A stretch of DNA of 49,163 nucleotides from the NCBI GenBank assembly GCA_009995385.1, contig JAACPT010000003.1:1-49163 (forward strand), given 5' to 3'. Below, in pieces: positions 10,342-19,447 of this stretch; the stretch's first letter is position 1, and each line of letters begins with the position of its first letter. Both the position numbers and the translations under genes were made by a program. This DNA is from Candidatus Parcubacteria bacterium (GTDB taxonomy: Bacteria; Patescibacteriota; Minisyncoccia; Phycocordibacterales; UBA918). A model generated the notes under the pieces. That model saw only the letters and a list, made by a program, of their open reading frames with translations. It did not search any database and was not told the origin of the DNA.

Positions 10342-10450
10342 CTTTCGTAGAAAAACACCCATTTCATAACTTCGTGTTCCATACTGAAATTGGTGAGACC
10401 AGCACTGACCACCTTTATTTTCATTTACATTAATCACTAACAAATCACAT

Positions 10451-11839
10451 ATGTTTGACCTAAAAGTAATCAATTCTGTCCTTGCTGAAATGGAGGAAGA
10501 ACGGGGCATTCCCCGCGAACGAATGATCGACGCTATGGAACAAGCGCTCGCTACTGCGTATAAAAAAGAATTTGGAAAACGTGGACAGATTATTACCTGT
10601 AAGTTTGATCTCAATACTGGTACCACCAATTTCAACCAAATTAAAATTGTGGTTGACGAAAGTATGCTGAAACCAGAACCTGAGTTTGATGAAGAAGGCA
10701 ATCCCATTGAAGAGGAAGAGGAAGGAACTGAAATTGAAGAAGAAAAGAAAGTGCGCTTCGATGATGAAAAACACATTATGATCAACACAGCACGTATGAT
10801 CAAAAAAGATGTGCAGTTACACGAAGAACTTGTTTTTCCACTTGAACCAAAAGATGATTTTGGCCGCATCGCGGCACAAACCGCCAAGCAGGTGATTATG
10901 CAAAAAATCCGCGAAGCAGAAAAAGAGTCAGCACTTGCTGAATTCGGTCAGAAAGCTGGTGACATCATCATTGGTCATGTGCAACGGTTTGAGCGAGGCA
11001 ATCTCTACGTTGATCTTGGTCGCGTTACCGCTATCATGCCGTACGAGGAACAAATCCCTGGAGAGCGTTTCAAGCCCGGAGAGCGAGTACGTGCGATTCT
11101 CCTCGCCGTAGAAGAAACCCCCCGTGGCATCTTTCTCAAGCTCTCTCGTTCGCACCCTGACTTCCTTATCTCTCTCTTTACGATAGAAGCTCCTGAACTC
11201 CAAACCGGCGCGGTTGAAGTAAAAGCCGTCGCTCGCGAAGCCGGTGCTCGCACCAAGATCGCTGTCTACGCTCACGATGAACACATTGACCCCGTTGGAT
11301 CTTTAGTTGGACAACGTGGTGTTCGAGTCTCAACTGTCATGAGTGAGCTTGGCGGTGAAAAGATCGACATCATCGAATGGTCTCCGGAACCAGCCGAATT
11401 TATAGAAGATGCTCTTTCACCAGCACAGGTCATGAACATTCGTATTGAATCTGAACCAAATTCAGAAACTAACGAACGCGGTCACGCTGTCGCCGAAGTC
11501 GCCAATGATCAGCAATCACTTGCAATCGGTCGTGGCGGACAGAACGTCAGACTCGCAGCAAAACTCACCGGTTGGAAAATTGACATTGTTTCTGCAAACA
11601 CTGGTGAAGAACTCGCCGAAGCTAGTGCTACTGGTATCGTCGATATTGAGGCTCCGCTTGATAGTGAAATTGGTGCAGATGATGACGTACTAGAAAATGA
11701 AAATGCCACCACTACCAAGCCTGACCTCGAAGAAGTACTTACTGAAGAAGAAACAACTGGAGATCGCGATATGGTCCAAGATACTGAAGAAGAAGATGAA
11801 ATCGATACTCCCGAAGAAGCAGAAAAGCAGTTAGCATAA
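10451..11839 (+). CDS. nusA: Transcription termination/antitermination factor NusA (with an acidic insertion and an acidic C-terminal tail)
   Basis: 462 aa. The N-terminus EEERGIPRERMIDAMEQALATAYKK, the S1 domain GDIIIGHVQRFERGNLYVDLG and two KH domains (LVGQRGVRV..., AIGRGGQNVRLA) are present. Confidence 0.9.
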   Translation: MFDLKVINSVLAEMEEERGIPRERMIDAMEQALATAYKKEFGKRGQIITCKFDLNTGTTNFNQIKIVVDESMLKPEPEFDEEGNPIEEEEEGTEIEEEKKVRFDDEKHIMINTARMIKKDVQLHEELVFPLEPKDDFGRIAAQTAKQVIMQKIREAEKESALAEFGQKAGDIIIGHVQRFERGNLYVDLGRVTAIMPYEEQIPGERFKPGERVRAILLAVEETPRGIFLKLSRSHPDFLISLFTIEAPELQTGAVEVKAVAREAGARTKIAVYAHDEHIDPVGSLVGQRGVRVSTVMSELGGEKIDIIEWSPEPAEFIEDALSPAQVMNIRIESEPNSETNERGHAVAEVANDQQSLAIGRGGQNVRLAAKLTGWKIDIVSANTGEELAEASATGIVDIEAPLDSEIGADDDVLENENATTTKPDLEEVLTEEETTGDRDMVQDTEEEDEIDTPEEAEKQLA

Positions 11840-11861
11840 CTACACGTAATTAAATAGTACC

Positions 11862-12386
11862 ATGAATCTTCTACACGATATTCCCGCCGGGACCGCTGAA
11901 AAGATGAATGTCATCATCGAAATTCCAAAATTCTCAAAGAATAAATATGAGATTGATAAAGAAACGGGCATCATAGCGCTCGACCGCGTTATGCACACCG
12001 CACAAGATTATCCTTTTGATTATGGGTTTGTACCACAAACACTGTTTGATGATGGTGACGCCCTCGACGTAGTACTTATCACTACCTATCCATTGGCTCC
12101 TGGCATCTTGGTGAAAGCCCGTCCAGTGGCGATCATGGAAATGATTGACGGTGGAGAACGAGACGATAAAATTGTCGCCGTTCCGATTGACGACCCTCGT
12201 TTTGATGAGGTACTTGATATCGGTGATCTTAACAAGCACTTTATTAAAGAAATGACCCATTTCTTTGAAACCTACAAGAAAGTACAAAATAAAGAAGTAA
12301 CCGTCGGAGAATGGCATGGGGTAGCAGAAGCAAAAGCGGCTTTTGCAAAAAGTAGAGAGCTTTACGACGTAAAAAATAAAACGTAA
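11862..12386 (+). CDS. ppa: Inorganic pyrophosphatase (family I)
   Basis: 174 aa with EIPKFSKNKYE, DYGFVPQT and DGDALDVVL motifs. Confidence 0.95.
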   Translation: MNLLHDIPAGTAEKMNVIIEIPKFSKNKYEIDKETGIIALDRVMHTAQDYPFDYGFVPQTLFDDGDALDVVLITTYPLAPGILVKARPVAIMEMIDGGERDDKIVAVPIDDPRFDEVLDIGDLNKHFIKEMTHFFETYKKVQNKEVTVGEWHGVAEAKAAFAKSRELYDVKNKT

Positions 12387-12407
12387 GAAAAAATAGCCAT
12401 GAGTGTG

Positions 12408-12444
12408 TATAGCGCCACTGGGGATTTTCCCCAGTGGCGCTATA
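12408..12444 (+). terminator. Long hairpin downstream of ppa (probable terminator)
   Basis: TATAGCGCCACTGGGG-ATTTT-CCCCAGTGGCGCTATA is a perfect 16 bp stem. The downstream T-tract is weak (CTTTAT). Confidence 0.55.
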
Positions 12445-12497
12445 CTTTATATGTATTTACTAGGTCTCTATTCTAAACAAGTTTTATAACGGACACT

Positions 12498-13172
12498 ATG
12501 AAGACAATTAAACACATTATTGTTAGCCACGCTATATTTTTAGCACTATTTGGCTTTGCTGCACTCACCTTCGCACAAGATACTACTGACCCAGTTGCTG
12601 ACCGAGAAGCAATCAGTGCACTACGTCAAGCTCGTGCTTTAGAAGCACAAGAAAATACTGCAAGCAGACAAACAGCTACCGAAGAACGTAAAACAGCAAT
12701 CCAAGAAAAGGTCCAAGACCGCCGTACCACACTTGAAGCACGGGCGCAGGAGCGCATTGTCAACCTCGCTGCAAACATGAGCAACCGAGTCGACGCAATT
12801 ATCGCCAGAATGCAAAACATCATTGACCGACTATCGAACAGAATTGAAAAACTGACCGAACAAGGTATTGATAGTGGCATCGCTACAGAACACCTCGCCA
12901 CCGCACAACAATCAATAGATGCGGCACGCACCACTATCGCTAATATTGATACGGAAGTGACGGCAGCGACTGGCTCACAAAACGTCCGAGAGGCGTGGAA
13001 TCAAGTGAAAGTGACTTATCTCACTGTCCGAAACCATCTGAGCAACGCTCACGAGGAAATTCGAGCAAGTGTTGCCGCTTTAAAAGAAGCAGTAGCTGAA
13101 GCTGAACGTACTGGAAATGTCAGCAAAGCGGTCCGTAGTAATGGTACCGATGAAACAAGCGTTATTGAGTAA
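12498..13172 (+). CDS. Secreted alpha-helical protein, function unknown
   Basis: 224 aa. Has a signal-peptide-like N-terminus (IIVSHAIFLALFGFAALTFAQD) followed by low-complexity helical sequence rich in A/E/R/T. Confidence 0.6.
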   Translation: MKTIKHIIVSHAIFLALFGFAALTFAQDTTDPVADREAISALRQARALEAQENTASRQTATEERKTAIQEKVQDRRTTLEARAQERIVNLAANMSNRVDAIIARMQNIIDRLSNRIEKLTEQGIDSGIATEHLATAQQSIDAARTTIANIDTEVTAATGSQNVREAWNQVKVTYLTVRNHLSNAHEEIRASVAALKEAVAEAERTGNVSKAVRSNGTDETSVIE

Positions 13173-13214
13173 TAAGGCAACGAATCTTTGATTAAAAGTT
13201 AATCACCGACCCAT

Positions 13215-13628
13215 ATGCAAGAAGATCATAAAGTATCAGAACCAAACTATGAAGGTTTGGAAATGAAAATGCCAGAGAATGCTGACCAGCAGCCATCAGA
13301 AGCTGTCACCAAGTCAACCGTCATAAATGGTCCGATCCTCCTTATTCTGACACTACTTCTAGTATTAATACTTGGTGGTATGTATTACTGGTTTAGTACG
13401 CTCACCACTACCCCAGTTACCCCGACTCCAGAAGTAGTCCGCCCCACTCCTGGACAGAACAATGAACCAGAGAGTACCACTGCCGAAGCCCAAACTGACA
13501 TGACATTAGTGACCAGTCCTTCAGATGAGCTCAGTACCATTGAAGCAGACCTCGAAGCAACTAATCTAGACGGCCTTGATGCTGCACTACAAAATATAGA
13601 AACGGAACTTGATGCTGCACTACAATAA
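13215..13628 (+). CDS. Single-pass membrane protein, function unknown
   Basis: 137 aa with one TM segment (GPILLILTLLLVLILGGMYYWF) followed by Pro/Thr-rich and acidic regions. A terminator lies immediately downstream. Confidence 0.55.
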   Translation: MQEDHKVSEPNYEGLEMKMPENADQQPSEAVTKSTVINGPILLILTLLLVLILGGMYYWFSTLTTTPVTPTPEVVRPTPGQNNEPESTTAEAQTDMTLVTSPSDELSTIEADLEATNLDGLDAALQNIETELDAALQ

Positions 13629-13636
13629 GACTTTTT

Positions 13637-13678
13637 AAAAACCGTGAAATTTGTACCTGAACAAATTCACGGTTTTTA
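13637..13678 (+). terminator. Rho-independent terminator
   Basis: AAAAACCGTGAAATTTGT-ACCTGA-ACAAATTCACGGTTTTT is a stem with one bulge followed by a T-run. Confidence 0.7.
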
Positions 13679-13728
13679 TTGGTAAAAAAGTTGCATTTTC
13701 CACAATCTTTCGTACACTGGCGGTCATT

Positions 13729-14841
13729 ATGTCACATTCACACGCACACGAAGTCGATTTTAAAAAAGCATTTACCATAGAAACACTTCCTGGTTCAATG
13801 GTTAAAATATCAGGTGAACTACCGTACGTTGAACTGCAAAGCGAACGAAATGCTGCCATGGTAGCACTCGGGAAGAATGTCGAGTTACCTGGTTTCCGCA
13901 AAGGACACATTCCTACTCCCGTACTCGAAAAGCATTTAGGCGAAATGACTATCCTTGCCGAAATGGCGGAGCGAGCCATTGCACATGCGTACCCCCACAT
14001 CATCGATGAACATAAACTCGACGTTATTGGGCAGCCAAAAATTGAAGTAACCAAACTTGCTCCAGAGAACCCATTTTGTTTTACCGCAACAGTGGCGGTA
14101 CTCCCTACTTTTGAGCTTCCTGATTACAAAACTATCGCCAGGGAAATCAACAGCAAGCGTCCCTCTGATGAAGTAACTGACGAAGAACTCTCTGAAAGAA
14201 TTAAGGACATCCAGCGACAGAAGGCTGCTTATGAACGAATCCAAGCAAAGGCAGCCAACAAAGAAGAAACTTCAGAATTACCGACTCCTGAAACAGAAGA
14301 AAATGAAAAGACACCACTTCCTGAACTTACCGATGAATATGTAAAGAGGCTCGGTCAACCGGGACAGTTCGAGACGGTCGCTGATTTTAAGACAAAATTA
14401 CGTGAACATCTTGAGATTGAAAAGAAGCAACAAAACGCCGCCAAACACCGAGCCGATATTACTGACAGTATTATTGCCAAAATGGAAATTGTGCTACCGC
14501 AAATACTCATTGATTCAGAGATACATCAGATGTTTGCACAGATGGAAGAAGACATCACTCGCGCCGATCTCAAGCTAGATGATTATCTGACACATATTAA
14601 AAAGACTAAAGACGAACTCAAAGCTGAGTGGACCCCAGCCGCCGAGATTCGTGCCAAACTCCAGCTTCTGCTTAATGAGATTGCCAAAAAAGAAAATATT
14701 ACTCCTGATCTAGAAGAAGTAAATAAACAGACGAACGAACTACTGGAGCGGTTTAAAGATGCTGACGAACACCGTGTTCGACTCTACGTCGCTTCGGTAC
14801 TCCTTAATGAGAAAGTGATGAAGATGCTTGAGACTGCCTAG
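13729..14841 (+). CDS. tig: Trigger factor lacking the central PPIase domain
   Basis: Has the ribosome-binding signature PGFRKGHIP and the TF N- and C-domain pattern (PELTDEYVKRLG..., LIDSEI...). I moved the start to the ATG at 13729, because the upstream part of the track ORF overlaps the terminator. Confidence 0.85.
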   Translation: MSHSHAHEVDFKKAFTIETLPGSMVKISGELPYVELQSERNAAMVALGKNVELPGFRKGHIPTPVLEKHLGEMTILAEMAERAIAHAYPHIIDEHKLDVIGQPKIEVTKLAPENPFCFTATVAVLPTFELPDYKTIAREINSKRPSDEVTDEELSERIKDIQRQKAAYERIQAKAANKEETSELPTPETEENEKTPLPELTDEYVKRLGQPGQFETVADFKTKLREHLEIEKKQQNAAKHRADITDSIIAKMEIVLPQILIDSEIHQMFAQMEEDITRADLKLDDYLTHIKKTKDELKAEWTPAAEIRAKLQLLLNEIAKKENITPDLEEVNKQTNELLERFKDADEHRVRLYVASVLLNEKVMKMLETA

Positions 14842-14859
14842 TTGATAGGACAAAATAAT

Positions 14860-14898
14860 AAGACCATGATTAAGCGTAGCTTAATCATGGTCTTTTGT
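14860..14898. terminator. Bidirectional terminator between tig and the convergent membrane-protein gene
   Basis: AAGACCATGATTAAGC-GTA-GCTTAATCATGGTCTT is a 16 bp stem flanked by A- and T-runs. Confidence 0.75.
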
Positions 14899-14899
14899 T

Positions 14900-15319
14900 T
14901 TAAAACTTTGACAACCGGTCAAAGGCGGCAGCAGCTGTCGGTTTACCCCTTTTCGCTAGATGCTCAGAACCCGCTTTGCAAGCGAGACGTGCGAGATCTG
15001 CACCAAGTACGTGAACCCTTTCTTTCGTTTCAGGAGGGAGAACTTCGTATCCTTCCTTGACTTTGTTAAAAGACTCACGAACCTTCCTTGCCGACTCTTT
15101 TGTATTTTCCCAATTTCCAGGCTGGACTGAACCTGCACCTAGCGCTCTCAAGAACGCATACATACATCCCAGAATTGAGGACAAAACAGTGATGAACACA
15201 CCCATAATACCGGCCTCGAAATGACTTAACCCAATCATTTCAAGAATAGGAGCGGTGATGACTAACCCAGCAGCTGGACTTACTAACAAGAACGATAAAG
15301 CAAATATTAAGAGCATCAT
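14900..15319 (-). CDS. Small membrane protein, function unknown
   Basis: Start set at the ATGATG at 15319, which is preceded by AAAGGAGGG and a 6 nt spacer. Three hydrophobic segments are followed by a charged C-terminal tail. Confidence 0.6.
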   Translation of the reverse strand: MMLLIFALSFLLVSPAAGLVITAPILEMIGLSHFEAGIMGVFITVLSSILGCMYAFLRALGAGSVQPGNWENTKESARKVRESFNKVKEGYEVLPPETKERVHVLGADLARLACKAGSEHLAKRGKPTAAAAFDRLSKF

Positions 15320-15427
15320 AATACGCCCTCCTTTCACTTTAAATAATAGCATATTATATAGCTATTGTCAATAATACAAGCTTCTGCTACTATGGCGGAG
15401 TAATAATATTTTACATTTGAAATTTTT

Positions 15428-16036
15428 ATGAAAATCGAAAAACATACCACCATGCCACAAGCAACACTCGTCCCCATGGTTATTGAAAAGACTGTTGGTG
15501 GAGAACGGGCGTTCGACATTTATTCTCGTCTCTTAAAAGAACGGATTATCTTCGTAACTGGTGCTATTGAAGATTACACAGCGAGCCTTATCGTGGCGCA
15601 GCTACTTTTTTTGGAAGCGGATGATCCAAAAAAAGATATCTTCTTATATGTCAACTCACCTGGTGGAAGCGTCACCGCTGGACTTTCTATCGTCGATACT
15701 ATGAACCATATCAAACCAGACATCGCGACGGTGTGCGTGGGCATGGCGGCTTCGATGGGATCAATTATCCTTTCACAAGGAGCGAGAGGTAAGCGGTTTG
15801 TACTTCCCAATGCTGAAGTGATGATTCACCAGCCGTGGGGTGGCGCACAAGGACAAGCTAGTGACATTGAAATTACTGCTAAACACATCGTCAAGACAAA
15901 GAACCGTCTTAATAGTATGCTCGCTAAAGCAACCAAACAGCCACTAAAGCAGATTGAAAAAGATACCGATCGAGACTTTTTCATGGATGCTGAGGAAGCG
16001 GTAGCCTATGGCATAGTAGATAAAATATATTCGTAA
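15428..16036 (+). CDS. clpP: ATP-dependent Clp protease proteolytic subunit
   Basis: 202 aa with [36 protein letters not shown] (catalytic Ser) and MIHQP motifs. Confidence 0.95.
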   Translation: MKIEKHTTMPQATLVPMVIEKTVGGERAFDIYSRLLKERIIFVTGAIEDYTASLIVAQLLFLEADDPKKDIFLYVNSPGGSVTAGLSIVDTMNHIKPDIATVCVGMAASMGSIILSQGARGKRFVLPNAEVMIHQPWGGAQGQASDIEITAKHIVKTKNRLNSMLAKATKQPLKQIEKDTDRDFFMDAEEAVAYGIVDKIYS

Positions 16037-16048
16037 TTTAAAATTTGC

Positions 16049-16089
16049 GTAAAACAGCGGTGGGGGCCTCGCCCCCACCGCTGTTTTAC
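16049..16089 (+). terminator. Rho-independent terminator after clpP
   Basis: AAAACAGCGGTGGGGG-CCTC-GCCCCCACCGCTGTTTT. Confidence 0.8.
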
Positions 16090-16154
16090 AAACCCACGAT
16101 ACTTTAGTACAGTTCATTGGTACAAATTTTACGAACAAATTAAGAAATAAATGT

Positions 16155-17687
16155 ATGCCACAATCACTTGTTTTTGCGGTTTTGCTCGTTGGCGCTTTAT
16201 TTCTCGGTACTGTTATTGGTTATGCAGCACGATACCTCTACGCTCAGTCCAGACATAATTCACTCGAACTGAAACTCAAAGAACGTGAAATAGCTGCAGA
16301 AAAAAAAGCCTTGTCGATAGTGGAGGAAGCTGAGGCTAAAGCCGAAAAGATCGAGAACGAAGCAAAAACAGAACGAAAGCATCTTGAGGAAAAACTTGAA
16401 CAAAAAGAGGATCGCTTATCAAAAAGAGAAGAAGTACTCGATGGAAGACAGATTGATTTAGAATCACAAAAAGAAGATTTGCGATCCAAAGTAGAGCAAA
16501 TAAAATCAATCAAATTGCAACTTGATGAACGAAAAGATGATATCGATAAAAAAATTGCCGAAGTTGTTGGACTTTCCAAAGAGGAAGCCTTTGAGCAACT
16601 AATTACGAAAGTCGAAAATGAGCGAGCTGAAGACCTTGGTATTCGTCTCGTAAAACTAGACCGTTTCGCTGAAGAACAATATGAGGCCAAGGCCCAAAAC
16701 ATTCTCCTCGCAGCGATTCATCGTCTCGGTAATACCATGGCACCAAGTCTCATGACCGCGCACGTTGAGATTCCAAGTGACGACCTCAAGGGCAAAGTCA
16801 TCGGGAAGGAAGGCCGTAATGTGCGTGCTTTTGAGCACGCTACTGGCGTCGATGTGCTCATTGATGAATCGCCAGGATACATTGTCCTCTCTTCTTTCGA
16901 TCCAATCCGTCGGGAAATCGCTCGAGTTGCACTGGAGATACTCCTTAAAGATGGTCGCATTCAGCCAGCGAAAATAGAAGAAGTAGTTGAAAAGGCACGC
17001 ACTGAAGTCGCCAAGACTGTCCGTGCTATGGGTGAAAAAGCGTGCTATGAAGCGAATGTTCCAAATCTTCACCCTGACCTAGTTATGATTCTTGGTCGTC
17101 TACATTTCCGCACCAGCTATGGACAGAACGTCCTTTGGCACTCAGTCGAGATGGCGCACATCGCGAGTATCATCGCTGAAGAAGTTGGCGCTGATCCCGC
17201 TATTGCCAGGGCTGGAGCCCTTCTCCATGACATTGGCAAGACAGTCAGTCACGAAGTTGCCGGTACGCACGTCGAAATCGGTATTCGCATCCTTGAAAAA
17301 TATGGTGTTGATGAAAAAGTGATTCACGCCATGCGTGCACACCACGAAGAGTATCCCTACGACACACCAGAATCAATCATCGTTCAAGTAGCCGACGCAA
17401 TCTCTGGTGGACGCCCAGGTGCTCGTCGTGATTCGCTTGAAAATTATATTAAGCGACTTTCGGATCTTGAAAATATTGCTACTAGTTTGGTCGGCGTTGA
17501 GAAAGCTTTTGCGATTGCCGCCGGTCGTGAGATTCGCGTCCTCGTCAATCCAACTGCGCTCAATGATTTTGAAACTAACACCCTGGCGCGTACCATCGCC
17601 ACTAACATCGAAGCACAGTTGCGCTACCCTGGTGAGATTAAAGTACACGTCATTCGTGAAACACGAGTTATTAGCTACGCTCGATAG
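16155..17687 (+). CDS. rny: Ribonuclease Y
   Basis: 510 aa with an N-terminal TM segment, a long E/K coiled coil, a KH domain (GKVIGKEGRNVRAFE) and an HD domain (LLHDIGK...). Confidence 0.95.
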   Translation: MPQSLVFAVLLVGALFLGTVIGYAARYLYAQSRHNSLELKLKEREIAAEKKALSIVEEAEAKAEKIENEAKTERKHLEEKLEQKEDRLSKREEVLDGRQIDLESQKEDLRSKVEQIKSIKLQLDERKDDIDKKIAEVVGLSKEEAFEQLITKVENERAEDLGIRLVKLDRFAEEQYEAKAQNILLAAIHRLGNTMAPSLMTAHVEIPSDDLKGKVIGKEGRNVRAFEHATGVDVLIDESPGYIVLSSFDPIRREIARVALEILLKDGRIQPAKIEEVVEKARTEVAKTVRAMGEKACYEANVPNLHPDLVMILGRLHFRTSYGQNVLWHSVEMAHIASIIAEEVGADPAIARAGALLHDIGKTVSHEVAGTHVEIGIRILEKYGVDEKVIHAMRAHHEEYPYDTPESIIVQVADAISGGRPGARRDSLENYIKRLSDLENIATSLVGVEKAFAIAAGREIRVLVNPTALNDFETNTLARTIATNIEAQLRYPGEIKVHVIRETRVISYAR

Positions 17688-17833
17688 TAAAACATTAGAA
17701 CACACAATATCCGCTTGTGTAGTCGTTGCAGGAGAAAACCCTTGCTATATAATGTTTTCAAGCCAATTTACGGCACCGTGCTTGAGTTATCGCTCACCAC
17801 AATTTTAAAAACATAGAATTTAATTTCAGATCT

Positions 17834-18106
17834 ATGAACAAAGCAGACATCATCAGCAAAGTGCACGAGGTCCTCGACACCACCAAAGCAGACGCCGAGC
17901 GCGCTGTAGACGTAGTGTTCAACAGTATTGAAGAAGCCATGAAGGATGGTTCACAGGTATCAATCGCAGGATTCGGTATCTTCGAAGCAAAGATGCGTGC
18001 TTCACGTGAAGCTCGTAATCCACGCACTGGTGAAACCGTAAAGGTACCAGCCATGCGCGTACCAAAGTTCCGCGCAGCTAAGGCACTCAAAGACGCAGTT
18101 AAGTAG
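17834..18106 (+). CDS. hup: HU-family DNA-binding protein
   Basis: 90 aa with MNKADIISKV, GFGIFE and RNPRTGETVKVPA (the HU arm). Confidence 0.9.
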   Translation: MNKADIISKVHEVLDTTKADAERAVDVVFNSIEEAMKDGSQVSIAGFGIFEAKMRASREARNPRTGETVKVPAMRVPKFRAAKALKDAVK

Positions 18107-18120
18107 TATCATCTCTTTAG

Positions 18121-18150
18121 AAAAAGCGAGACCAAAGGTCTCGCTTTTTC
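18121..18150 (+). terminator. Rho-independent terminator after the HU gene
   Basis: AAAAAGCGAGACC-AAA-GGTCTCGCTTTTT. Confidence 0.8.
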
Positions 18151-18201
18151 TTTTCTCTTTCTGGGTATGGTATACTTTTAAAGTAGCGGAGGTAATACGC
18201 T

Positions 18202-18264
18202 ATGAACGGAGATGTAAAGAGTTATTTCTTTGCTATTTTCCACCACACTGCAAATGCTCCTTAG
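18202..18264 (+). CDS. Candidate 20-aa micro-ORF (MNGDVKSYFFAIFHHTANAP) in a self-contained mini transcription unit
   Basis: An extended -10 (TGGTATACT) sits at 18168-18176, GGAGG lies 9 nt before the ATG, and the stop codon falls in the loop of a terminator hairpin (18251-18284). No homology is claimed. Confidence 0.3.
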   Translation: MNGDVKSYFFAIFHHTANAP

Positions 18265-18284
18265 CCAGGAGCGTTTGCGTTTTT
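18251..18284 (+). terminator. Terminator hairpin overlapping the end of the micro-ORF
   Basis: CAAATGCTCCT-TAGCC-AGGAGCGTTTG (one G-U pair) followed by CGTTTTT. Confidence 0.55.
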
Positions 18285-18443
18285 GATTGAAATATCAATT
18301 AGGTATGCTAGGATAGTGGAACTTCATTTTATGGAGTAGGTGATAGTAGAGTACGCTCATTCGCAGATGTAAGTAAAACTCTCATCCGTCGTGTTCAAAA
18401 ATAATCTGCAAGTAAGCTTCCATTTTTCCTCTTTTCCTCACTT

Positions 18444-18514
18444 GCGGGCGTAGTTTAGTGGTAAAACGACTGCCTTCCAAGCAGTAGTTGGGGGTTCGAT
18501 TCCTCTCGCCCGCA
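18444..18514 (+). tRNA. tRNA-Gly (anticodon UCC)
   Basis: Hand-folded cloverleaf with acceptor GCGGGCG/CGCCCGC, anticodon stem ACTGC/GCAGT and loop CTTCCAA, T-loop TTCGATT and discriminator A. No encoded CCA. Confidence 0.9.
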
Positions 18515-18690
18515 CAGTCAACACAATAAGCCGTCCCTGCTGGGGGGCTTTTTTGTTACCACAGTGTGGAGAGTGAGTAATGTGCCTGCATAATTTGCGT
18601 GAAGAATCGAAAAACACAAGGTGCCGTAGGCGAGTGAGCTGTGGTCGAAAGCACGTACTAGAGTTAGTCTAGTACGTGAATCATAATCAG

Positions 18691-18704
18691 TTCCTCTCGC
18701 CCGC
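18691..18704 (+). repeat. 14 nt direct duplicate of the tRNA-Gly(UCC) 3' end (TTCCTCTCGCCCGC)
   Basis: Identical to 18500-18513 (end of T-loop, T-stem 3' strand and acceptor 3' strand). The copy lies 177 nt downstream of the tRNA. Confidence 0.7.
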
Positions 18705-18712
18705 GTGTTGTA

Positions 18713-19218
18713 ATGAAAACTTTGATAACCGACAACAGCTCTACTCTGATTGAAGAACTAATTACCTAGAGCCCGGGGAATGAAGAGGTAGTTGATTATG
18801 AAAATATACTAGTAGATGTATCTAGCCATTCTTTATTTATATTATCTGGTAGTAGTAAATTTCCTGTGTGGGGAAATGAAGATGCCCTGCGAGAGTAATA
18901 CTAGTGTGCCTGTTGTAGGATTCTGTCTTGGGTATAAGCTTGTTGGCCATGCTTTCGGAGCCAAGCTTATACATTTTGGTTATGTTACACAAAGGTATAT
19001 ATGACGTAAAGGTAATGCAACCACATCAAAATGTTCCGTGGCAAAAACACTTTCTCCGTATACGAAAATCATCAGTACGAGATCTCTTCAGTTCCACCTT
19101 CACTTGCAGTGTTGGCAGAGTCTCCAAATTAAATTGCCATAATCAGACACTTATCTACGGATTCCAATTTCATCCAGAACATATGATAGACCAACAGTTT
19201 GGTTACAAAGTTTTTTAA
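18713..19218 (+). pseudogene. Class I glutamine amidotransferase pseudogene (multiple stops and frameshifts)
   Basis: GATase-like pieces are spread over three frames: MKTLITDNSSTLIEELIT*, ...FILSGSSKFPVWGNEDALRE*, VPVVGFCLGYKLVGHAFGAKL (nucleophile-Cys motif), VYENHQYEISSVPPSLAVLAESPN* and YGFQFHPEH (His/Glu motif). Confidence 0.75.
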
Positions 19219-19447
19219 ACCTATTTATCCTCCTGACTTCAGAAAAATCCGATGTCATCTTATCTATAGAAGACACCTGAGGCTGGCTTACAAGATGGGA
19301 ACATGATAGACACGGAACGTTTCTGGGAAGATAGCAATACTCCTTTTCTAGCCCTCGGCTATTTCAAACCATAAATTGTTATTAAAAGTCTCTCTGGGAA
19401 AATGATGTCGTTCTGATACCGCTTCATTTGCTAATATGTGAGACATC

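Noticed and set aside
10237-10887. A 216-aa ORF on the minus strand overlapping the nusA start, and similar antisense ORFs (for example 13635..14054, 16244..16702, 25996..26586, 30454..30903, 33799..34365, 36099..36593)
   Set aside because: These are low-complexity Ser/Cys/Arg-rich translations lying antisense to genes with clear homology. They are typical shadow ORFs.
17998-18011. The palindrome GCTTCACGTGAAGC inside the HU gene as a tenth parS site
   Set aside because: It has two symmetric mismatches to the parS core, is isolated 10 kb from the array, and encodes a conserved HU segment (ASREAR). It is most likely coincidental.
19219-19447. An M-box (Mg2+) riboswitch upstream of corA
   Set aside because: Only a short CCTGAGGCT resemblance to the M-box GGTGAGGCT core is present. 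I could not find the remaining conserved helices.
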